Positions 35,244-49,624 of a stretch of 64,000 bases of DNA are shown here, piece after piece. The translations under genes and the position numbers were made by a program. The stretch covers positions 1,620,839 through 1,684,838 of the forward strand of contig NC_069002.1 in assembly GCF_001194135.2 (NCBI RefSeq), written 5' to 3'. Positions within the stretch are counted from its first letter, which is position 1. Each line of letters opens with the position of its first letter. The notes under the pieces are model-generated. The model was not told the origin of the DNA. It did not search any database and saw only the letters and a list, made by a program, of their open reading frames with translations. This DNA is from Octopus bimaculoides. Its lineage: Eukaryota.

Positions 35244-37050
35244 TTGATTTCTTATTTGTCAACAGCTGGTTAAAAATAAAACAAATGGTAAAAGTTGATC
35301 CTTGAAATGACTGAAAAGAGCATACCAGTATGTTTGTCAGTGGCAACATTGAAAAAAACAAGTGATATTGGTCAAATAAGCAAAGGCTGTAGTTTGTTTT
35401 ATGTTACGTGTGCAATTAGCATTGAATACTGTAACTAATACGATACGCAGTGCAAACTATTGCAGCAGCAGCAGACGGCGACAGGCTGACAGGCGGTGTA
35501 GCAGACATGTCGATATCAGCACCAACAGCGGACGTTCATCAACATAACATTGCCGGTAACATATTGTAGATTGTTCAGTGTATATAATATAATAAAACGA
35601 TGAAAAAATATATGTTCAATTCGTTTGAATATGGTCGTTGTTTATTTCTTCTTCCTCTATATTTGCATATTTCACTTCAAACATGCTTGTTTTAGTCATT
35701 TCCTGTCTGTCTGTCTTTCTATCTGTTTGTATTGTAAATATTAATGACGTGTAAGGACACTGTATTTCGTTAAGCAACCACAATATACTACAAAAGTATA
35801 TTAAACGTTTATATAAGTCAATACAGTGTTCTACTGTGTTAGCAGTGCTCTTACATCACTTGTTAATGTTATCTTTACAGAATTTCTCTATAAGTTATAG
35901 CCAGCACCGGTTTGTTACGACGTCTTGTATCCGTGGCCTACAGGTCATTATTATTTAAGTACCAACTTCCAAGAATGTGTTTGATTTGTAAAATTGGTCA
36001 ATCCAATAACGTTACACTGCAGTATTTAGTGGCTATTTAAGCAATGTGTTAACGAGTCGGATGTGGTACTTATGGAGGAGCGAAAACTCTTGAAATATGA
36101 CATATACACTCATTACCCATTTCCAATTTCGATCTCATTATTGTTGTTTACATCTAACATCTCAGATACGAAACGTCATAACAAAATCACTGCTGGTTAT
36201 AATTTCTAACAGAGAAGAACACAGTATTGACTTATAAACATGTTTAATATATGCTGTAGTATATTACAGTTTCATAACGAAATACGGTGTCCCTACAGGT
36301 CATTGATGTCCCTTGTGCATGCGCACTTGTTTGATATTTGACATGTCGATGAAATTCGACGTGAACTTGCGACGAAACAGTTTGTATTTTGTGTGTGTTT
36401 GTGATCACCTTGAAAATGGAGAACCAAAACGAACATCATCGATGCCTCATGGTGAGGGATACATTTTTCTGGAAAGGTATAGTGGGGCCTGGGGGAAAAT
36501 ATAGGTTGGCCAAATGTCTTTGAGATCGTCGCTGTGCTGTAACGAATGGAATCGAAGCCAAAGCATAAAACGACCTCATCCCGACGTCTCAGAAAAGGAC
36601 ACGCTGGAAAATATTTTTCCCGAGGTTCCTGTATATAGGATGATCACAGGATGGTCCAAGGTTTTGGACGCTTTTAACATAGCTTTGATTGCTCAAAGAT
36701 AACCTACAATTTTGCAGCAACAACTGCAGCAACTGTAGCAGCGGCAGCAACAACAACAACAACAATAACAACATCAAAGCGATTTTCGGGTTGTCATGAT
36801 CAGTTTGTCTATGACATGAAACCAAAGTATCATGTGACCACTATCATGTGACACGTACCATGATATATTGAACTAGTGCAGATTAAGTGAAAGTAATTGA
36901 TCTCATTGTCCTGGCAATTTGACTATATAGCTCACTTCCGGTTTTGCTGCTAACCATAGTTTGCTTTGTATATGATACACTGTTTGTATGTTTGTATTTG
37001 TGTGTGCGTGTGTGTGTGCGCGCACGTGTGTGTACACGAGAAAAGAAACT

Positions 37051-37103
<53 letters not shown>

Positions 37104-37111
37104 AAGAGAGT

Positions 37112-37323
37112 TACGAAAGGGTGCTGAAAAGTTCCTGGCTTTAAAGGCGTCGCAAAAGACCTGGCTGGAGGCCTAACCCTACAGGGCTTAGAAAAACTGA
37201 TGGACCGCTGTAATAAGTGTGTGAATCTGAGAAGGAAATATCTTGAATATGATCATGATTGACTGATTATCTTGTATTTTCTGTTACTCGAAGTCAGGAA
37301 CTTTTCAGCCTCACCCCCACGTA
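37112..37323 (+). mobile_element. Mariner-derived MITE, TA-flanked
   Basis: TIRs with TA at both ends; interior retains GLEKLMDRCNKCVNLRRKYLEY, the mariner transposase C-terminus. Confidence 0.82.
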
Positions 37324-37744
37324 GAGAGATAGAAAGATAAAGGCAGATATCTCAAAGGAGAGATAAGATGAACTGAATCCGGTTCTTTTCATGCCAAAAA
37401 TGCAATCTGTTGCATGAACCAATAGCATAGACATATACGTATATACACACACACACACACGTGCACCCACATACATACATACGTTAAATTGAAAACACGA
37501 CTGTTCGAGTTAAAGGTTTTATTTTTACTGGCGATTTTTCGTATTTCCTTTATTAGTTGTTTGTTTAGCTTGGGACAATAACGTCCCTAGGTCCATCAAC
37601 TTCTGATTTCCTGATCTTCTGAACGAAATGTTGATAACGGAGCACTGAGTGTGTTTTCACGAGTGTATCTAGGCCGTGTCTAACTTAATAACATTACCTG
37701 ATAGGATTAGCTAAATCCTTTTAAAGTCAAGTTTTGTGGGATCA

Positions 37745-37850
37745 TGATCTATTCGAATAGGGAGTTCTTGTTGAGTGAGTTATATCCAGGTATAGATGGT
37801 TTATCTGGTATTCCTTGAAGAAATTTGTGTGCATTACACGTCTGTACTCT
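37745..37850 (-). mobile_element. CR1/L2/Jockey-group LINE C-terminal fragment
   Basis: Translates FLQGIPDKPSIPGYNSLNKNSLFE, resembling the F-L-x-x-I-P-D-x-P-x-x-P-G-Y...N-S-L end motif. Confidence 0.5.
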
Positions 37851-38221
37851 AGGCGTAACGGCTGGGAGCTGACGCGGCCTACCGGCGCGAAAGTTTTCAC
37901 ATATGTACAGGAAGGGTGGCGCCACCTCTCACTCAAAGGATTTTGCCTATGCGGCGTTAGGTTTGGCGAAAACAAATAAAGTAGGATACTTTTTGAACGC
38001 ACCCCTTATGCTTATGAGCATGGTTGCGTTTCCTCTGTGTATTGCGCGCGCGCACGTGTGTGCGTGTGTTCTTGACCGGATATGTTACGTGTTCATATCT
38101 ATGCAATTTGTTGGGGTGAATATGTATGTGTGTGTGTAGCTGACTTGGTGTCGATACCTGTTTAAATGTATGCGTGTATGCAGACGAGTGTCTGTGCATG
38201 TGCGGTGCGTAGGTCGGTGTA

Positions 38222-38300
38222 TCTTCTTCTTCTTCTTCTTCTTCTTCTTCTTCTTCTTCTTCTTCTTCTTCTTCTTCTTCTTCTTCTTCTTCTTCTTCTT
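38222..38300. repeat. Pure (TTC)n microsatellite; a similar tract lies at about 61820-61885
   Basis: Read directly. Confidence 0.95.
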
Positions 38301-39624
38301 CCTTCGGTCGATTTAATAATCTAACGATGTCCGTGATAATATAAGCCTCTATCGATTATCGATTAAGATGCTACAGGTGGGCAACCGCTGCCACCACAGC
38401 CTGTAATGGAATCATGAAATCTCACCCACACGCACACGCACAAACATACACACACACATACATAAGCAAACACGGACAACATCTTGTCATTGATCATAAT
38501 CCTTTTGTTTTTGCTTAACCCGAGGACCGACCTGATCGAGCAGACGCATCTATGGTCAGAGGAGTCCCAGCTTTGCTCATCTCGACGATTCTTTTCCTTG
38601 ACAATATGTCGTGAATGAGTATGGTTTTGTAACACGTACCGTACTTTCGTTTAATCGTTTTAATGTGTCCCTGAGGCACAGCTATGATGAAACAACGGAC
38701 TTTCATAGACTGCTACGTCATTGCAGTGACGAACTGTAAGCATACATTGTCTAAAGAAACAGAATGTATTAGGTTTACACTTAGAAAATATAGATGGAAA
38801 AGACTTTTACATTTCATGCAGACGCTCTTCCACAAAGAGAATAGACGACAGCGAGTAAAAAAAAAAACGTATTGGTGTGTGTGTGTGTGTGTGTGTTGCT
38901 ATTTGAACGTATTAGTGTGTGTGTGATGACGAGGTATGAGTCCAATGCTGCATCTGTTTGTTTATACGCATCTTCGTGGCACGAGCATTTCCCAACAAGA
39001 CAACCCGAGAAACACTAATTGCCAACCTTAATGAAATCAGTTTGCTTCCAATTATAGACAGGGAGGNNNNNNNNNNNNNNNNNNNNNNNNNNNNNNNNNN
39101 NNNNNNNNNNNNNNNNNNNNNNNNNNNNNNNNNNNNNNNNNNNNNNNNNNNNNNNNNNNNNNNNNNNNNNNNNNNNNNNNNNNNNNNNNNNNNNNNNNNN
39201 NNNNNNNNNNNNNNNNNNNNNNNNNNNNNNNNNNNNNNNNNNNNNNNNNNNNNNNNNNNNNNNNNNNNNNNNNNNNNNNNNNNNNNNNNNNNNNNNNNNN
39301 NNNNNNNNNNNNNNNNNNNNNNNNNNNNNNNNNNNNNNNNNNNNNNNNNNNNNNNNNNNNNNNNNNNNNNNNNNNNNNNNNNNNNNNNNNNNNNNNNNNN
39401 NNNNNNNNNNNNNNNNNNNNNNNNNNNNNNNNNNNNNNNNNNNNNNNNNNNNNNNNNNNNNNNNNNNNNNNNNNNNNNNNNNNNNNNNNNNNNNNNNNNN
39501 NNNNNNNNNNNNNNNNNNNNNNNNNNNNNNNNNNNNNNNNNNNNNNNNNNNNNNNNNNNNNNNNNNNNNNNNNNNNNNNNNNNNNNNNNNNNNNNNNNNN
39601 NNNNNNNNNNNNNNNNNNNNNNNN

Positions 39625-39661
<37 letters not shown>

Positions 39662-39820
39662 TATATCGTTAGGCAGACAGGCATGAAAACATGCATATAG
39701 ACAAGCCGATAGATAGAGAGATAATCATTAAGGTAAAAACAGGTAAATAGACGACAGGTGTATGTGGTAATGTGAAGACAAGAAAACAAAATAATAATAA
39801 TAATAATAACGATAATGATA

Positions 39821-39861
<41 letters not shown>

Positions 39862-40848
39862 AATAGAAAAAAAAAACATGAAATATTTAAAAGAATGTGT
39901 TGCAGAGACGGGCATAAAGCTGACTAATGGGAATGACTCAGGTGGATTGTAAAGAGATTATGGCGTCTGAGGTTTTGATGATGATGATGGTGATGAAGGT
40001 GAAGGGGATGATGATGATGATGATGGTGTAGGTGAAGGGGATGATGATGATGATGAGGAGGAGGAAGACGAGGAAGCAGAGGAGGGAGAAGAGGGAGTTG
40101 GTGATAATGATGATTAGGATGATGATGATAACAATGACCACAACGACAGCGATGATGATGATGATGATGATGATGACGACGACGACGACGACGACGATGA
40201 TGTAGAAGGCGATGCGATGATGATAGTGGTGGTGGTGGTGGTGGTGGTGGTGGTGACGACGATGATAATGATGACAACAACGACTTTATTTTAGTTGACA
40301 GTAATCGGGGGCCTTTCATTAATAGATTATCTTTCACCAGTCACNNNNNNNNNNNNNNNNNNNNNNNNNNNNNNNNNNNNNNNNNNNNNNNNNNNNNNNN
40401 NNNNNNNNNNNNNNNNNNNNNNNNNNNNNNNNNNNNNNNNNNNNNNNNNNNNNNNNNNNNNNNNNNNNNNNNNAAAGGGGAGAAAATGAAGTAAAAGGAT
40501 TCCTTATGCTCCACAAGTCAGTCTAAGAACCTTCAAGAGATGAGAGACGGATAGAGGGATAGAGAGGGAATGAGGGAAGTAGTGAAAGAGAGAGAGAGAG
40601 AGAGGGAAAGAGAGTGGGAGAGCGAGAGACGGAGGTGTATTTTTGAGCAGGTGATTCTTGTGTAGTACCCCAAGGCGATGCTTTGATACCCTTTTTGTAG
40701 GTATTCCGAATGCATGAATGTGTGTGTTTGCATATGTGTGCGTGCGTGTGTGTATGTGTGATACGTACGTATATATATTTTTATATAAAATGCATATAGA
40801 GATAATACATACACACGCACACACACACGCACACACACACGCACACAC

Positions 40849-40880
<32 letters not shown>

Positions 40881-41794
40881 GAATGCAAACATCATGTTAC
40901 TGAGCCCAAAATTACATGTTTTGTAACTACGACTTTTCTTGTGAATCAAGTGATGGATTTATCTTCGTTTTCTTTTATATTTCAAGGGAATGAAGAAATG
41001 GGGGGTGGGGTAGAGTCATATCTGGGGTGGGGTGGGGGAAGGCAGTGGTGTGGTAGTTTGAGGTAAAAGTGGTGGAATGTATGGTAACGGGGGAATAACG
41101 TTGCGCAGGGTATTGCGTTGTAGGTATGGGTGGAAAATTCAACAAAAAGAACGTTATAGGTAATGACTTCAAATTTTGGCAGAGGGCCCGTGATTTTAGG
41201 GGACTTGGTACGTCAATTGCATCGACCCCTGTTCTCGACTGGTACTTATTATAAAGATGAAAAATAGAGTCGACCTCCACAGAATACGATCTCAGAATAA
41301 CGCTAAGCATTTTATCCGGCGTGCCAACGATTCTACCAGCTCGCCACGGGAAAAGCTCTATACTTAACTGACTTCAGATTTTAGCACAAAGCCAGCCAGC
41401 AATTTGGGGGGAAGAGTTCAAGTGATTTCATCGACCCAAGTGTTCGACTAGTACTTATTTTATCGACCCCGATTTCAAATTTAGAAATAAAACATTTATA
41501 AATCTCTCAAAGAGATTTATGCAGTAGTGATACGATGCTGTCAACTTAATGTGACAGTCCCCTGAAGGGAATAATACTACTGTTGGTTAGGCCTAGGAAG
41601 CTGCACCGCTTCCTGTCGACCTTGACACATTTCCCGTGTCCTTATGTTTACAAGGGGGAGACAAGCACCTCCACCCTGCTAAGCTTGCATCCAGAGACAT
41701 GTTTCTGAGTCTTTTTCTCGTCATCAATCTGGAGTAGCGTGACCTGCTAGTCGAAGATGCCTGTCATGCTGTTGTAAGCATATAATAATTCTAG

Positions 41795-42380
41795 TGAAAT
41801 ACATTCACTGATTTCAAATTCACATCAGCAAGATGTAAACATAACAGACATGATACTATTCTATGGGACAGAGAACAATGGTAATGCACTATTGTAGAGG
41901 TCAGCTGTCCAACGGATGTGAATGTGCAATTACAAATCCAAGAAAAAGAGAACATTCATGGCGAATTAATGCGGAACTTACAGCCCCTGTACCCTGACAA
42001 TGAATTCTCCTTTGTACTTATCATCATAGGTACATTAGTTTATGTACCAAAACAAAATTGCATAAAAACCTAGAAAAACTCAGTTTTATGTAGAAAGAGC
42101 AAAAGTGACTGATGCGGATTCTCCAAATCCAATCTATTAGTGACATGGTGAAGATTTGCCAGACATTCCAAAAATTTTCCGTCTGAGATTCTTATATGAA
42201 CAGATGCACACACTTGGGAGTTTGTATCGACAGGTCAACCAAGACACCAACTCAACCACATATTTACAAACACCGAGAACCCTCATAACTCAAAAAGCCT
42301 TGTTACTTTGTTAACAACCGGCTTGAACTCTCTCGAGAACTTGAATAAAAATCAAAGAAAATTCATACATACACACATAC
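41795..42380 (+). mobile_element. 5'-truncated, decayed RLE-type non-LTR retrotransposon ending in a (CATA)/(CA) tail
   Basis: Translates CKHNRHDTILWD...IVEVSCPTDVNV...EKENIHGELMRNLQPLYP...IIIGTL, then after a frameshift VKICQTFQKFSV-stop at 42186. Confidence 0.82.
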
Positions 42381-42625
42381 ACATGATCTTTTATATGATT
42401 TCTGTCTGTCTCAGGAACAACGTATTCACCTTTGTTATCAGCAGTACACATACAATCCCACAAGAAACACACTCGATCGCGTGCCGTGGTTCTGTGAACG
42501 CCGTTCGTCTTTATCAATATGTTACATAACAATTGTTAGCGAAACAGTAAACTGTTGCTAAAATCCAAAATCGCCACAACGATACAGAAGAAAAAAAAGA
42601 GAACGATTATTACAGACTCACATGT

Positions 42626-42676
<51 letters not shown>

Positions 42677-42688
42677 AGTAGATGTATG

Positions 42689-42741
<53 letters not shown>

Positions 42742-43588
42742 TTATATATATGTACATATGTATACATACATATATATTCATATATGTATATATGTTTGTG
42801 CCTACGCACATACGCATGCACACGCGCATGTGCACACACACAATAAAACCTCGTGTAATAAATTATACTAAGTATATTATTAACTAGATCACGTCAAGAT
42901 AAGGACTCAAAAAGCCTGGCGTTAAATCCATGAGAAACGTCTTAATCTAAGCCTAAACAATTAAATGAAGGTTAAACTGAGATGCATAAAGGCCCTATTT
43001 TACACAAATCACGTGCTGGAAAAGAAAGAAAAGATAAAGTTCGATCAGATTTTATTACTAAAAGGTAAATAGTAATAATTTATTTGTATATTTTGTGAAA
43101 AATACCCCAAAAAGAAAACGTTTAAAAATCAATTTGAAACAAAAAAAAAAAAAGAAATCAATTGTCATTGTAAGGTGCGTGTGTCCCTGTGTGTATGTAT
43201 GTATGTATGCATGTATGTATGTGTGTATGTATGTGTATGTTTGTAGAAATGTGTGTGTATGTATTAAATGGTGCATTAAATTCATCCCAAAAGTTATGGT
43301 GTACGCGAATATCTATTTGTGAATGGCGAGTCAGGTTAGCTCTACAAGCCTACGAAAATGTGAGTTGTATGGAACTTTCAGAGTCAATAACATAAATAGC
43401 AGTCAAGTACTGGGGCTGATGCAATCGACTTCCCATCCCCTCAAAAATGGAAAAAGAAAAAAGAACCCAAAAACCCGGTGGTCCTGTGCCAAAATTGGAA
43501 ACCGTTTTTATAAATCAGCGAACACAATTTCTAAAGTGACAAAGCTACCAAAAATAAAATGCAATAATAATAATTATAATAATAATAA

Positions 43589-43619
<31 letters not shown>

Positions 43620-43856
43620 AAATGTTCTAAGACAAACAAAAAGAAGGAGAATAATTTCACTTTTTTCTCCTCTTCACACTCTGGCTTGCGTTTATTTGTT
43701 TGTTTTATGGATGTGATTTTGATTTCCTTATTTTGGTGAAGGTCGTCGACTTTGTCGAGACATGACTTTGTCAATAGTATAGGAATCTTGGGATATTGAA
43801 CGGAGGAAGAGCCACTCGGTAATAGGGGAGGCAACAGGATGGCGTTTAGAATTGTA

Positions 43857-43893
<37 letters not shown>

Positions 43894-45027
43894 AGAGTCT
43901 GTTTTAGAGCATGATTTGGTGAATGGAAACTGATACAACGAAGAAAGTGGGAAAAGAAAGAACGAAAGAAAGTAAAAAAAAAAAGAAAGCGATGGGGAAA
44001 GAAACAGAAAGAAAAGCAGAGAGAGAGAGCGAGAGAGGGGGAAGGTGGGAGGCAGAGAGAGAAAAAAATTGTAGAACTTGTTTCAGTCATTAGTAGCGGC
44101 CCCTGCTGGAGCACTACCTTGAAATGTTGCAGCCGACCACAAAACATATTTTAAAGTCTCGTACCTATTCTATGGGTTTCTTTTGCAGAACCGCTGAGTT
44201 ACGGAACGTAAACAAACCAACACGTGTGAGAGACAAACGCAGACATATATTTATTGAAGACCAAAAAGTCTAGTGTTCGAATCAACAATCTAGACATGAT
44301 ACAACAGAATCAACAATAATTCGAAAATAAAAGAGACGTACAAAATAACAGCCGAAATCTTTTATCTGGCTTCCAACACTCAACTGATTAGAATAAAAAG
44401 AAAATATATTTTTCCCCTTCTCTCATTTAGTTGTAGTTTAATTTCCAATTACCAGATTGCTAGCAACATGTTATATTTCATTAGCAGAGGATCAAAGGGA
44501 TTTCGTAGTTTCTGCAGTTTTTTTTTTATGAGCATTTCAATGTTATTTAATTCAGTATCAACGGTGGCCTGTTTTGCCTGTAATGCAACGATACAGTAGA
44601 ATAATGGTGGCGGTGATGTTGCTAGGGGAGGTGTATGTCTGTGTGTGAGAGAGACCCTTCTTTAAATGTGTGTATTACAACACACTTAGAGTAGTTTTAG
44701 ATTTAATTAATGTTTAATTAATGTTGAGTTAGCTTACTTAGAAGCACATAATCTACTAACTAATTTCATAATATTTTGAAGCAATATAATCCTTTAGATC
44801 TTTGCAATTTAACTAGAAAAACTCCCACCAAGTGTACTAGAAATCTATAAGCAACAAGCAAAATAACTCCCGGAATATCGAGTTAATACAAATTTCTAAG
44901 AAAAATAAAGACGACGATTGAGTTGAGCGTGGATTTTGTCTTTAAAGCTAAATGTGGTGGTTGTGGTGGTTATGCGTGTATAGGTGTGTGTATGTGTGTG
45001 TGTGAATGCGCGTGTGTGTGTGTATGA

Positions 45028-45071
<44 letters not shown>

Positions 45072-45524
45072 TGAATCACAATATAACGAGATTATATAGT
45101 CAGCCTGAGAAAAATATTTTGTTAAACAAAATCCCTTTATGTATGTATGTATGTATGTATGTGTGTGTGTATGTATGTATGTGTGTGTGTGTGTGAGTAT
45201 TTTTTAGTGTGGGATTGCAAGGATTAACTCTCACTCAGCTCCTACTCCTCCCCTCTAAAAAAGCAAAATTAGTAAACACCCCGTGGCACCACAGCCACCT
45301 ACACCCCACCCCACCATCACCACCACCACCATCACCATCACCACCACCATCACCACCATTGTAGTAGCAATAATGGCGGGTGGTAAGTGGTAACGTTGGT
45401 GGTTGTGGTGATTTTCGCGTGGTTTTGGTTGTAGTACATGTTGGTCAAAGAGTTGGTATCGGTTGATATCGGCGGTGGCAGTAGTGCATGTGGCGGTGGC
45501 GGTAGTCATGATGCCGGGAGTGGT

Positions 45525-45568
<44 letters not shown>

Positions 45569-46276
45569 TAGTTGTAGTAGTAGTAGTAGAGAGAATGTGT
45601 GTGTGAGAAGGGAGGAGGGACGTTATATTGTTGATGTTGTCGGTGATCTTTAGTTGAGACACTTGATGTCAATTGACATAAAATTAGGTTTCACCCATCC
45701 ATCTCACACACCCGTCTCCCCGCCCCCTCCACCGAAGACGTGAAGTTATATAGTGTGGTGATGGTGGGGGTTTAGTGGCAGTGGAGTGGGGTTGGGTGTT
45801 ATATTACAGGTAAATTCTGATCAAAGTTAATATCTCTTTTTAGTTTCTACTCCTCAGGCTCTTTTCTCCTTTTTTCATTCTGTCGAAAAACATGGCCGAC
45901 TTTTGTAGAAATTTAAAGATCACGTGTTAATCCTCATCACCCCCACCCCACCCTCTAGTAAATATCCTGTAGTTTCTGCTCCTTCTCATTTAAGCCCACC
46001 ATTGTTCATCAATCGTTCTTTGCTCAAAACCTCTCACTCTAACTCTCTTGTTTGTCCCAAAACCGCCGCCACCACCACCACCACCACCACCACCGCCGCC
46101 GTCGCTGCTGCTCCCCATCCCTTTGTAAAACCACCCCATCCATGCCTCCATTTTACACCCACAACTTTTTCTCACTAACTTTTTAAACCTGAAAACATTG
46201 CAATTCTTTTCATTTTCTTTATTTCATTATTTCATTATTCAGTTATCTTTAACATTGCTCTCTCTCTCACTCTCTT

Positions 46277-46325
<49 letters not shown>

Positions 46326-46439
46326 NNNNNNNNNNNNNNNNNNNNNNNNNNNNNNNNNNNNNNNNNNNNNNNNNNNNNNNNNNNNNNNNNNNNNNNNNNN
46401 NNNNNNNNNNNNNNNNNNNNNNNNNNNNNNNNNNNNNNN

Positions 46440-46471
<32 letters not shown>

Positions 46472-48112
46472 ACTTTCTGGCTCCCCCTCTCTCTCTCTCT
46501 CTCTCGCTCTCCCTGTATATAAAGATTTTCGAAGTTAGTTGTGTGTTCCTATTCGGCAAACGAGGAATTCTATGTTTGTTACGGGAATTTTCTCTGATGA
46601 GGGTATTGACTAAAAAGGTTCCCGGATCAATTGATTTTTTTTTGCAGGATCCTTGCTCTCTCAGCCAAGCAATGCTTACTTCGTTTGAGGTTGTTTGAAG
46701 TTGCGTTGTCCCCACCCCCAATTCGTCTTGGTGAACGGAACATTAGCCAGGAGGAATTGATGACATCAGACAGCATGCAACATTCTACGGAGGCTTTGAT
46801 CCTGAACCATTGGTGGGTCCATAGAGCGGGGGAGGCATACAAGGTCCAAATCCCTGCTCATCATCTTCCCCACTGGCTTCCAGGTAAACTCTTCTTTCTT
46901 GCTTCATAACAAGAGGCTCTCTCTCTCCCTCTCTATTTCCCTTCTCTCTCTTCCCCCTCTCTCTTTCCCTTCTCTCTCTCTCCCCCCTCTCTCTCTCATT
47001 CACACACACACACTCACACACAAGTGTGGGAAAAGGAGGAGAAAGAGTGATGAAAATTCCTGAGGATTTATTAAATACAGAAACCTTTTCATTCAGTCGG
47101 TGAAGGCCGGTGAAACGGAGGGTGACCGTCACACTTAATGGACAAGTCAGCAGTCACTGGTCAAATCATTCAGCGGAAAATTATTACAAAACGTCACCAA
47201 TCAGATAAAACGCACCGCTTCATGGTTGCCATGGTATCTTGCTATTATTGTTATTATTATTGTTGTTGTTGTTTATGTTTTCTTATTTAATTTCTCTCTC
47301 TCTACTTTTACACACACACACACACACACACAGATTATGCTAATCGCGAAAATCAGGACCTTTTTTATTTTTTAGAGAAATTAATGATAAAATGTTACGA
47401 ATCTTTAAGGAAAGAAATTCTTTGAATTTCAGTCAATCAGTTATAGCCAATCTCGACACACCGGAAGTCAGAATTGCTATACGTCTTCATAGCAACGTAT
47501 TGAAACGAAATTTAAACGAAAATTTTAAACCAGCGTGAGCAATTAAGTAAAGGGTACCTGAAACATAGTTTACCGTCTTACCTATGTATCTTCTATTTTT
47601 TTAATCTTTTACTTGTTTCAGTCATTTGACTGCGGCCATTCTGGGGCAAGGCCTTGAAAACTGAACCATGTATATATGTACGAATCAATGAAGAGGATAG
47701 CTACACGGTGGCATGTTTCGTGAATATAGTCAAATGTCCACTAAATCACACCATACTACATGGAAGGAAAGGTGTATATGGCATCTATTCGTGTCAGAAA
47801 CAAAAATCAAATCTTTTCAAACGAAAGACGTTATAACTTCTTGCTAGAAATAACAGAGATAATTTCTCAAATCGAATCCCTAATATATAGACTGTAAATC
47901 TTATTTCTCAGAAGCATACGTTCCCCTAGATTATATAATATAGCGTGTGATGCTACATTTTAAGAATCGAAACACAAATCATAAATCTATCTGTAAGCAT
48001 CTATAAGAAATACTGGGCGCGCACACGTGTAGGAACTCAATGTGCGTAAACATAAAAAAATGCTTCTTGCACACTTTTATCACAACGCGTCTGTCTGTCT
48101 GTCTGTCTGTCC

Positions 48113-48150
<38 letters not shown>

Positions 48151-48586
48151 ATGTATGCATGTATGTATGTACGTATGTATGTATGTTTATACATATGGAT
48201 GTAGGTATATATACATATGCATATATGTATATATATATAATATACGTACAAACAATATATGTATNNNNNNNNNNNNNNNNNNNNNNNNNNNNNNNNNNNN
48301 NNNNNNNNNNNNNNNNNNNNNNNNNNNNNNNNNNNNNNNNNNNNNNNNNNNNNNNNNNNNNNNNNNNNNNNNNNNNNNNNNNNNNNNNNNNNNNNNNNNN
48401 NNNNNNNNNNNNNNNNNNNNNNNNNNNNNNNNNNNNNNNNNNNNNNNNNNNNNNNNNNNNNNNNNNNNNNNNNNNNNNNNNNNNNNNNNNNNNNNNNNNN
48501 NNNNNNNNNNNNNNNNNNNNNNNNNNNNNNNNNNNNNNNNNNNNNNNNNNNNNNNNNNNNNNNNNNNNNNNNNNNNNNNNNNNNNN

Positions 48587-48646
<60 letters not shown>

Positions 48647-49209
48647 AGATAACTAGATGGATAGATAGAAAGATAGATAGACGGGGAGAGAGAGAAAGAG
48701 GGAGGGAGATATATATATACACACCGAAGCATAAAACACATACACAATACACGTACATATATGTATATAACAAACGATACAACATTGACGACAACAATAA
48801 CAACAACAAACACACAAATAAAGCAAAGCAAAAAAACACAACAACAACAGCAACAACAATATCTACTCTGCAAACCAGCCTTCCAACGGATCGAGTTCTA
48901 TTGATAAACCGAGCGTAACCACTGCTCAAGACGAGCAGTGGTTATGCTCCTGCATTAAATCGACCCCAGCTGCCATAGATAATTACAGAGTACTTGATTT
49001 AAGTTACTTAGCTAGCTTGCTATACATTCGGCCCCAAAACCGACCATTTACTCTTTTAGCTTTGTCTTTACTTTTATCGGGGTATTTTCTTTCAAGGGCT
49101 TGTTTTTTGTCGTTGCCAAAATATTCTTTTGGCATACAATTTTTTTTTGTTTTTTAGTTTACTGCTTCATTAAATTCCTGAAGTATCTCTTAAAAAATAA
49201 AGAAAAGAT

Positions 49210-49243
<34 letters not shown>

Positions 49244-49365
49244 CTATTAAAATTAAAAAAAAAGAAAGGAAAGGATAAAGGAAAAGATGAGAACCTGAAA
49301 ATTAAATAGCGAACCCATTTTTTTACCTTTTATTTTTCTTAAACACTCCCTTGAATCCCGCCAGT

Positions 49366-49412
<47 letters not shown>

Positions 49413-49422
49413 NNNNNNNNNN

Positions 49423-49459
<37 letters not shown>

Positions 49460-49624
49460 AGTGCATGTACGAATGTATATGCGCATGTATGTGTGTGTAC
49501 TTTTGTATGCATGTATGTATGCATGCACGTATGTATGATTATATGTAGATATATGTATGTATGCATATATGTATGATTATATGCATGCAGATAGGTGTAT
49601 GTATGTATGTTAGTTGAACGCAAG

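Noticed and set aside
35400-36300. Possible conserved miRNA locus in a repeat-poor stretch
   Set aside because: No match by eye to well-known bilaterian or molluscan mature miRNAs, and no long hairpin found.
46785-46900. Minus-strand peptide GFGPCMPPPLYGPTNGSGSKPP-stop as a terminal exon
   Set aside because: The upstream sequence on that strand is purine-rich with no plausible acceptor.
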